DNA from: Thermotogaceae bacterium
GTDB lineage: Bacteria; Thermotogota; Thermotogae; Thermotogales; Thermotogaceae
Reading direction: 5' to 3'
Assembly (NCBI GenBank): GCA_015489065.1
Contig: WGAO01000120.1
Location: forward strand, 24,936 to 88,935
Length of the DNA stretch: 64,000 nt
A program made the translations under genes and the position numbers. Below are positions 57,573-64,000 of the stretch, one piece after another; positions within the stretch are counted from its first letter, which is position 1, and the number at the start of each line of letters is the position of its first letter. The notes under the pieces were generated by a model. That model worked only from the letters and a program-made list of their open reading frames with translations, had not been told where the DNA came from and made no database searches.

Positions 57573-58331
57573 ATGGAATTTTTGGAGGAGATATTTGAAA
57601 ATCTCCAAATCCCGAAAATCGAAGATTTTAAAAAGGTGATGGTGATATCTCCCCATCCAGATGATGCAGAGATAGCAATTGGAGGTACTGTAGCAAAGCT
57701 TTCAGATTCAGGAGCTGAAATCGTATATGTTATAGCGACCGATGGATCTTTGGGAACAAGAGATCCTGATCTTCCAAGAGAAGCCCTGGCGCTGAGAAGA
57801 AAAGAAGAGCAGTCAAAAGCTGCGGAAGTTCTTGGAGTTAAAGAAATGATATGGCTTGGATTCGAAGACGGAGGAGACTACGCACATGAGAAGGTAAGAA
57901 GCTACCTTGTCAATATCATAAGGGATTACAAACCACAATTAGTTATGACAACCGATCCAACGCTCAGATACGAATTCCATCCAGATCACATAAAGGTTGG
58001 GAAAGCCGCTTCTGAAGCAGTTCTTTTCTATCAATTTCCGCATTTTGAATCTCCAAAGCCAAGAGCAGTTGAAGAAACCATACAAGCTATAGGATACTTC
58101 TTCACACCCAAACCCAATACCTTCGTGTGCATTGACGAATTCAGAGATAAAAAGATAGAAGCAATACAAAAACACGAGAGCCAGATGGGCGGCGGAATGG
58201 AGACGCTCCTTTGGTATTTAAGCAGAAAGGAGAATTTCCATGGTAAAAATGCCGGATGTGAATATGCGGAAGCTATCAGAATAATGCCGACTCTGGCTCT
58301 CCACGCTTTCGCTGAAGGTGAGCTTATCTGA
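57573..58331 (+). CDS. PIG-L/LmbE-family N-acetylglucosaminyl deacetylase
   Basis: ISPHPDDAEIAIGGT and ...HPDH... zinc-site motifs; 252 aa. Confidence 0.85.
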   Translation: MEFLEEIFENLQIPKIEDFKKVMVISPHPDDAEIAIGGTVAKLSDSGAEIVYVIATDGSLGTRDPDLPREALALRRKEEQSKAAEVLGVKEMIWLGFEDGGDYAHEKVRSYLVNIIRDYKPQLVMTTDPTLRYEFHPDHIKVGKAASEAVLFYQFPHFESPKPRAVEETIQAIGYFFTPKPNTFVCIDEFRDKKIEAIQKHESQMGGGMETLLWYLSRKENFHGKNAGCEYAEAIRIMPTLALHAFAEGELI

Positions 58332-58414
58332 GCGTGGTTCTTATATGCCAAAGTCATCTGTTGAATGCTCTCCCCAATATGTAGTAGAAGTTTTTTAAAA
58401 AAGGAGGGGGAGCT

Positions 58415-58834
58415 GTGGAAAAGATAGAGATTAGATGGACCGGAAACATGATGCTCTACGGGAAGTCCCCGTCGGGTCACGATGTTATTATGGACGCTTC
58501 AGAGAATGTAGGAGGCAAGGATTCAGCAGCACGTCCTATGGAACTTTTCGCATTTGCCATAGCTGGATGTACGGCTATGGATGTCCTTATGATACTCAGA
58601 AAGATGAAACTTCTAGACAAGTTGAAAGATTTCAGGGTAATTTTAGAGTATGAGAGAAAAGAAGATTATCCCAAGATCTACAAATGGGTAAAGGTACGCT
58701 ATCTGATAAAAGGAGACATCCCGAAAGAGAGCGTTGAAAAGGCGGCAAGTTTATCTCAGAGCAAGTACTGCTCAGCATCTGCCATGGTAAAGAGTTCGGT
58801 TGAGAACTTCACATACACGGTTGAAATAGTCTGA
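58415..58834 (+). CDS. OsmC-family protein
   Basis: 139 aa with two conserved Cys contexts (AIAGCTAMD and SKYCSASAM). GTG start after GGAGGGGG. Confidence 0.8.
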   Translation: MEKIEIRWTGNMMLYGKSPSGHDVIMDASENVGGKDSAARPMELFAFAIAGCTAMDVLMILRKMKLLDKLKDFRVILEYERKEDYPKIYKWVKVRYLIKGDIPKESVEKAASLSQSKYCSASAMVKSSVENFTYTVEIV

Positions 58835-58860
58835 AAGGAGAAAGCACAATGACTCTTGGA

Positions 58861-58887
58861 GCCCCGCCTGGGGCTTATATTTTTTTG
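58861..58887 (+). terminator. Rho-independent terminator after the OsmC-family gene
   Basis: AGCCCC-GCCT-GGGGCT followed by TATATTTTTTT. Confidence 0.8.
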
Positions 58888-58941
58888 CATATTTGAAGTA
58901 AAATAGATCGACAAAGGAAAAGCTCGGCGGGAGGGAAGAAT

Positions 58942-61317
58942 ATGAAAATATCTCTTGAGTGGCTGAAAGATTTCGTGGAATATGGCTCTGAAAATGAGGT
59001 TATCGATGCGCTGACAGATGTTGGCTTGAATGTTGACGAGGTGATAAAACCACATGTTGAGGGAGAGGTTGTCGTCGGGAAGGTCGAAGATGTCTACCAG
59101 CACCCAAGTGCCGAGAGACTTAATGTGTGCAGGGTAAACATTGGAGGCACATATTTGACATTGATAACTGCTGACAAAAATGTTAAAGCAGGCGATTATG
59201 TTCCCGTAGCCCTTCCTGGGACAAAACTAGCTAACGGGAATGTTGTGGAAGCAGTCGAAATGAGGGGAATTCCCAGCGAGGGTATGATGTGCTCACTCGA
59301 AGAGCTCGGTATAGAGCAGGAATCAACTGGAGTATACAAATTCGACTTTGATGTCACCGAAGGGCAAAATGTTCTAGACATCCTGAATCTCAACGACACA
59401 GTACTCGATGTTGAAATAACTCCAAACCGTGGAGATGCGCTATCTTATCTGGGAATAGCAAGAGATGTCGCTGCAAGAATGAAAAAGGATTTGAAAGTTC
59501 CCAATCCAAAAGTCAAAGAAGGCGAGAAAAAAACAGAAGACATCGTCTCAGTTGAGATAAAAGATTCTGAAGGATGCCCTAGGTACTCAGTTATGGTAGT
59601 TGAAGGAGTTAGAGTGAAAGAGAGCCCTGTATGGCTTAAAAGGAGATTGATGGCGAGCGGAATAAGACCGATAAACAACATAGTCGACGCTACGAATTAT
59701 GTGATGTTAGAGCTTGGCCATCCGATACACGCATTCGATCTGAATCTAGTAAAGTCAAAAAGAGTTGTTGTCAGAAGTGCAAAAGAGGGTGAAACTGTAG
59801 TCCTTCTCGATGGAAAAGAGTATGTACTTAACGGTGGAGAGACCCTGATAACTGATGGTGGTGAAGAAATAATAGCGGTTGGGGGTGTCATGGGAGCTGA
59901 AAACAGCGGTGTTAACGACAACACGACATCCATTCTGATAGAGGTAGCGTACTTCGATCCTGTGAGAATAAGAAGAACAGCGAAGGGGCTGGGGATATCC
60001 ACCGACGCGTCTTATAGATTTGAAAGAGGAGTTGATCCTGAAGATAACGAGCTCGTGATGAAGAGAGTCGTGGAGATCGTGACAAATCTTGCTGGAGGAA
60101 CACCTTCCAAGGGAATCTTGGATGTTAAACTGAAGGATTTCAAGACTGAAACAATAGATCTCAGGAAAGAGAAAGTTGAAGAAGTGCTCGGAATCAAAAT
60201 TCCTGAGTGGGAAATAGAAGATATTCTGAAAAGACTTGGCTTTAATTTGGACAGAACTTACTACGGCTGGAAGGTTGAAGTGCCGTCTTTCAGAATACAT
60301 GACATCTACAGAGAGATAGATCTCATCGAAGAAGTTGGAAGAATCTACGGGTACGGGAAGATAGAAGAGAAAAGAACGAAGGTGTGGTCTGGCCTCGGAG
60401 GTTTAAATGATTACCAGAAATTCAGGAGGAGAGTCGGAGAGATCATGAGAGCACTTGGATTCGATGAGGTCGTCACTTTTTCGTTCATCTCTTCAAAGAT
60501 CGTGAAAAATTGGAATTTCAAATCTGTTGAGATTCTTGAGCCGCTCAATCCAATAACCGATGACTTAGATGCGATGAGGCCTTCTCTCGTCTACACACTT
60601 GTCCAAGCTCTCTCCTACAACTACACACACCAAGTCAGAAATGTGAAATTCTACGAAATAGGAAAGATATTTTGGAAAGAGGAAGATGTTAAAGAAAACG
60701 AAGTTTTAGGAGCGATAGCGACTGGATTGGAGAACGAAATGGATTACACTGACAAAAGAACGGTATCTTTCTACACATTCAAGGGAAGTGTTGATGAGCT
60801 CCTCTCAAGATTTGGGGTCAATGCAGAATACGAGAGAGTTGAACTTGAAGGGTTCGTTCCCACAAGAACAGCTCAAATAAAGATAAAGGACAAGACTCTG
60901 GGATTTTTGGGGATGATCGACCCGGATATTTTAAAGAGTTTCGATGTAAAGAGCGAAGTCTACTATTTTGAGATTTCTCTTAAGGACCTTTACGAAGCAT
61001 CGGAAAAGATACCCAAATATAGACCTTCTCCGATCTTCCCAAGCGTAAAGCGTGATGTCGCATTCTTGATGGGAAAGAACATCAAGTCCTCAAAAGTCAT
61101 AGAGGATATCTATTCCTTAGGCGGAGAAATCGTTGAAGATGTGAGAATAATAGATGTCTACATCGGAAAAGGAGTACCTGAGGGTATGGTGAGCGTCACA
61201 TTCTCGATAACTTTCAGAAGTAAAGACAGAACCCTAAAAGATGAAGAAGTCAACGAGCTGTTTGAGAAGATTGTTAGTGAGATAGAGAAGAAACACGGCT
61301 TGAGGAGGAGATTCTAA
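58942..61317 (+). CDS. pheT: Phenylalanyl-tRNA synthetase beta subunit
   Basis: 791 aa with an N-terminal tRNA-binding (OB) domain (MKISLEWLKDFV...), B3/4, B5, and a C-terminal FDX-ACB domain (VKRDVAF...). Confidence 0.93.
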   Translation: MKISLEWLKDFVEYGSENEVIDALTDVGLNVDEVIKPHVEGEVVVGKVEDVYQHPSAERLNVCRVNIGGTYLTLITADKNVKAGDYVPVALPGTKLANGNVVEAVEMRGIPSEGMMCSLEELGIEQESTGVYKFDFDVTEGQNVLDILNLNDTVLDVEITPNRGDALSYLGIARDVAARMKKDLKVPNPKVKEGEKKTEDIVSVEIKDSEGCPRYSVMVVEGVRVKESPVWLKRRLMASGIRPINNIVDATNYVMLELGHPIHAFDLNLVKSKRVVVRSAKEGETVVLLDGKEYVLNGGETLITDGGEEIIAVGGVMGAENSGVNDNTTSILIEVAYFDPVRIRRTAKGLGISTDASYRFERGVDPEDNELVMKRVVEIVTNLAGGTPSKGILDVKLKDFKTETIDLRKEKVEEVLGIKIPEWEIEDILKRLGFNLDRTYYGWKVEVPSFRIHDIYREIDLIEEVGRIYGYGKIEEKRTKVWSGLGGLNDYQKFRRRVGEIMRALGFDEVVTFSFISSKIVKNWNFKSVEILEPLNPITDDLDAMRPSLVYTLVQALSYNYTHQVRNVKFYEIGKIFWKEEDVKENEVLGAIATGLENEMDYTDKRTVSFYTFKGSVDELLSRFGVNAEYERVELEGFVPTRTAQIKIKDKTLGFLGMIDPDILKSFDVKSEVYYFEISLKDLYEASEKIPKYRPSPIFPSVKRDVAFLMGKNIKSSKVIEDIYSLGGEIVEDVRIIDVYIGKGVPEGMVSVTFSITFRSKDRTLKDEEVNELFEKIVSEIEKKHGLRRRF

Positions 61318-62369
61318 TGATAACAGTCGGAGTCACCGGACTCCCTTTTGTTGGAAAAACAAAGCTTATGGAGCTGGTCGCAAGATACACAGGCCTTGAT
61401 AGGATTGAAGAGAGAATAATCGTCAAAGTTCCAGATAGCAGGCTGGAAAGACTTGTCGAGATATATAACCCCAAGAAGATCACACCCATGGAGATGGAAT
61501 TCATGGATGCTGGATCAATAGACCCAACTGAAGACAAGGTAACCACACGAACCTTTTCGAAACTCCAAGAAGTTGACTCTGTTGTAATAGTCATTAGAGC
61601 TTTTGAGAGCGAAGCTGTACCATTTGTCGAGGGGTATGAAAAGCCAGTAGATCAGTTAAAAGGAGTCTTAGACATATTTTTAGAAAGAGACTTGAAACTT
61701 CTCGAAGGAAGGATAGACAGGCTTAAGAATGCTAAAAGAAAGCTATCAAACATCGAAGAGATAGAACTTTCATTCTTAGAAAAAGCACTCGCTTATTTAA
61801 AGGAGAACAAAAACTTCATAGGCTTTGAGATGAAAAGCGACGAAAGGAAGATGATAACAGGGTACTCATTAATGTCGATGAAACCAAAGGTGGTATTGAT
61901 AAACAAAGGAGAAAACGAAGATTATGAAGGCAAAGAAGAAGTGCTCAAGATAGTTAAAAGAGAAGAGATGGGATATACGGAGCTACCAATAGGAATTGCC
62001 GCAGAGCTTTTAGAGCTTGATGAAGAAGATAGAAAGGTATTCATGGAAGAGTACAAGGTCAATGAGATAGATATAGAACCGCTGATGAAAGAGATAATGA
62101 AGGTATCAAATCTCATGGTCTTCTACACTGCAGGGGAAAAAGAAGTCCACGCCTGGGAAGTCAAGAGAGGCTCTACAGCACTCGATGTTGCCGGAACAAT
62201 ACACAGTGATATAGCTCGCGGATTTATAAGAGCTGAGATATTCTCTTTCGATGATATAGATAGAGAAGGATCCGAGAAAGCTCTTAAGGAAAAAGGTCTG
62301 ATAAGAGTTGTTGGAAAAGATCACATAGTCCAGGATGGAGACATTGTTTACATAAGATTCAATGTCTGA
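61317..62369 (+). CDS. ychF: YchF/OLA1-family P-loop NTPase with a C-terminal TGS-like domain
   Basis: P-loop GLPFVGKT and the C-terminal FYTAGEKEVHAWEVKRGSTALDVAGTIHSDIARGFIRAEI. The ATG shares one nt with the pheT stop (TAATG). Confidence 0.8.
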   Translation: MITVGVTGLPFVGKTKLMELVARYTGLDRIEERIIVKVPDSRLERLVEIYNPKKITPMEMEFMDAGSIDPTEDKVTTRTFSKLQEVDSVVIVIRAFESEAVPFVEGYEKPVDQLKGVLDIFLERDLKLLEGRIDRLKNAKRKLSNIEEIELSFLEKALAYLKENKNFIGFEMKSDERKMITGYSLMSMKPKVVLINKGENEDYEGKEEVLKIVKREEMGYTELPIGIAAELLELDEEDRKVFMEEYKVNEIDIEPLMKEIMKVSNLMVFYTAGEKEVHAWEVKRGSTALDVAGTIHSDIARGFIRAEIFSFDDIDREGSEKALKEKGLIRVVGKDHIVQDGDIVYIRFNV

Positions 62370-62381
62370 GGAGGAGATGTT

Positions 62382-64000
62382 TTGAGAAAACTCAGAGAGA
62401 GAGATTTGAGGCCGAAATACTACCTCCTTCCTAAGTTTAAAAAGACTAGTGATATTAAGGAGACTGATGAGTTCATAGGCCAAGAAAGAGCGAGAAAAGC
62501 AATGCTTTTTGGACTGTCTATAAAAGAGAGAGGATACAACATATTCGTCGTTGGCCCGGTAGGAACTGGCAGAAGAACATTCTCAAAAAAATTCTTAAGG
62601 GATTTCTCAAAAAATCTCCCGGTACCGGATGATTGGGTCTATGTTTTTAACTTCGAAAATCCTTTATTTCCTCTATCTCTCAGGCTTAGGGCCGGTATGG
62701 GAAAGAAACTCAAGAAAGATATGGAGAAATTAGTGGATGAAGTTTTGGCAAGAATACAAAAGTCTTTTGAAAGTGAGGAATTCTCAAGGAAAAGAGCGGA
62801 GATAGAAGACGAATACGCGAGAAAGAAGAACGAGATATGGAACAAAGTCGTAGAAGCCGCCAAAGAATTGGGATTCTCAGTCCAGATAAATGCCACTGGA
62901 GTCGTTAGTATGCCAGTGATGAATGGAAAACCTGTAACTCCTGAGATGTATGACCTCCTTCCAGATGAGAAAAAGAGAGAAATAGATGAAAACTCGATGA
63001 AAGTAAAACACTTGATTGAAGGAGCTCTTCACAGATCGAGCGTCTTGGATAGAGAGATGAACGAGAAGCTAAAGGAGCTCAGCAGAGATACCGCACTCTT
63101 TTCGATCGGCAGGCTCTTTGAATATCTCAAATCAAAATATCAAGAGTTCAATCAGGTAGTGGAATATCTAGAAAATGTCAAGTCTGATATACTGGAAAAT
63201 CTGGACGATATGAGATCTTCTAGTGAAAAGATTCCTTACTATAAGGTGAGATACAGCGTGAATCTATTGGTTGACAACTCAAATCTCAAAGGAGCTCCCG
63301 TTGTTTACGAACCCAATCCAACATATTCAAATCTATTCGGAAAAATCGAGTACACAACAAGACTCGGAATGCTCGTCACCGATTTCACGATGATAAGGCC
63401 GGGAGCACTCCATAGAGCTAACGGAGGATTTCTAATAGTTGACGCAGAGGCCATTCTGAAAAATCCTCACTCTTGGGAAGGTTTAAAAAGAGCTCTTGTG
63501 AACGGCATATTGAATATAGAAAACATGGAGAGTTTCTTGGGATTCTCAAATACAATAACCCTAAAACCGGAACCAATCCCACTCAATGTTAAAGTAATCA
63601 TGATCGGAACGAACTACATATACTCGCTTCTGTACAACTTGGACGACGACTTTTCAAAACTCTTCAAAGTAAAATCAGAATTCGATCCCGTGATGGAATA
63701 CAGCAGAAGAACCGCCAGGGCTTTTGTGAGTTTTCTGGAAAGCGTAAGAAAAAGTTGCGATCTTCCTGAAGTATCCTTCGATGCTGTCAAAGAAATGCTC
63801 TGGTATTCGAACAAACTCGCGGGAAGCAGAAAAAAGCTTTCGGCAAGGCTGGGAAAGATAGGAGATCTACTCAGAGAGTCCGCTTATGTATCGAAGATAT
63901 CTGGAAAAGCCTATGTGGACTCAGAAGACGTTTTAAAAGCGATCGAGGAAATGGAAGAAAGGGTTAATTTATATCAAGAGAAATATGATGATATGATAAG
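62382..64000 (+). CDS. Lon-like protease, AAA-like N-terminal module (COG1067/LonC-type), 3'-truncated by the window edge
   Basis: This ORF is not in the supplied track because it has no stop in the window. TTG 62382 lies 5 nt after GAGGAGGAG. My translation reads LRKLRERDL...FIGQERARKAMLFGLSIKERGYNIFVVGPVGTGRRTF...ANGGFLIVDAEAIL... and stays open to nt 64000. Confidence 0.75.
   Translation, partial: MRKLRERDLRPKYYLLPKFKKTSDIKETDEFIGQERARKAMLFGLSIKERGYNIFVVGPVGTGRRTFSKKFLRDFSKNLPVPDDWVYVFNFENPLFPLSLRLRAGMGKKLKKDMEKLVDEVLARIQKSFESEEFSRKRAEIEDEYARKKNEIWNKVVEAAKELGFSVQINATGVVSMPVMNGKPVTPEMYDLLPDEKKREIDENSMKVKHLIEGALHRSSVLDREMNEKLKELSRDTALFSIGRLFEYLKSKYQEFNQVVEYLENVKSDILENLDDMRSSSEKIPYYKVRYSVNLLVDNSNLKGAPVVYEPNPTYSNLFGKIEYTTRLGMLVTDFTMIRPGALHRANGGFLIVDAEAILKNPHSWEGLKRALVNGILNIENMESFLGFSNTITLKPEPIPLNVKVIMIGTNYIYSLLYNLDDDFSKLFKVKSEFDPVMEYSRRTARAFVSFLESVRKSCDLPEVSFDAVKEMLWYSNKLAGSRKKLSARLGKIGDLLRESAYVSKISGKAYVDSEDVLKAIEEMEERVNLYQEKYDDMI

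Noticed and set aside
58835-58941. T-box leaders upstream of the aminoacyl-tRNA synthetase genes (pheT here; tyrS at 2308..2311).
   Set aside because: The non-coding space is too short: 107 nt containing a terminator for pheT, and 4 nt for tyrS, which follows secG. No specifier or T-box sequence is seen.
1-64000. CRISPR arrays, rRNA genes, IS elements, prophage, toxin-antitoxin pairs or recognisable defence systems.
   Set aside because: No spaced direct-repeat arrays were seen. No transposase, integrase, Cas or restriction-like ORFs are in the six-frame track. Every intergenic region is 340 bp or shorter.

Overview
The window is a gene-dense (about 95% coding) bacterial chromosomal segment. 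Gene content, GGAGGTG-type ribosome-binding sites, Lys/Glu/Ile-rich proteins and a SecG very like the Thermotoga maritima protein point to a thermophile of the Thermotogota. That taxon call is inference, because no database search was possible. I found no rRNA, CRISPR array, transposase, integrase or phage genes. There is one tRNA, tRNA-Ala(CGC).

Layout:
- (1) 1-8.7 kb: a partial FGGY sugar kinase, tyrS-secG, ATP-type PEP carboxykinase, and a CUT1-type sugar ABC operon. The operon has a binding protein, two permeases and an AraR-type GntR/PBP1 hybrid regulator, and is preceded by two identical 12-bp palindromes.
- (2) 8.9-17.1 kb, minus strand: fliG, fliF, lgt, a remA-like gene, an orphan molybdo-hydroxylase large subunit and a membrane pyrophosphatase.
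- (3) 17.4-24.3 kb, plus strand: the most unusual block. It holds a nucleotidyltransferase::PLP-enzyme fusion, a CDP-alcohol phosphatidyltransferase and two tandem [flippase-like UPF0104 + membrane GT2] modules. The block is AT-rich relative to its flanks and is probably an uncharacterised envelope lipid or glycoconjugate head-group pathway.
- (4) 24.3-34.2 kb: housekeeping genes, namely HIT, asparaginase, an AI-2E transporter, holB-PSP1/RicT, GDPD, TatD, a cupin protein, YjbQ and minDE.
- (5) 34.4-41.5 kb: mtnK, a FucU/RbsD-like gene, mtnA, a ribose-type ABC transporter and a GntR/UTRA regulator. This is a putative methylthioribose/5-deoxyribose uptake and salvage locus.
- (6) 41.7-45.0 kb: an NMT1-like binding protein translationally coupled to a chemoreceptor.
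- (7) 45.0-56.2 kb: a CIRCE-controlled ClpB-like Hsp100, tRNA-Ala, and a six-gene overlapping chain of clpC, radA, disA, rtcB, an orphan ABC permease and a secreted lipase-like hydrolase.
- (8) 56.3-64.0 kb: rocD, a PIG-L deacetylase, OsmC, pheT (no pheS upstream), ychF and a 3'-truncated Lon-like (COG1067-type) protease.

All functional calls rest on motifs read by eye from the supplied translations.
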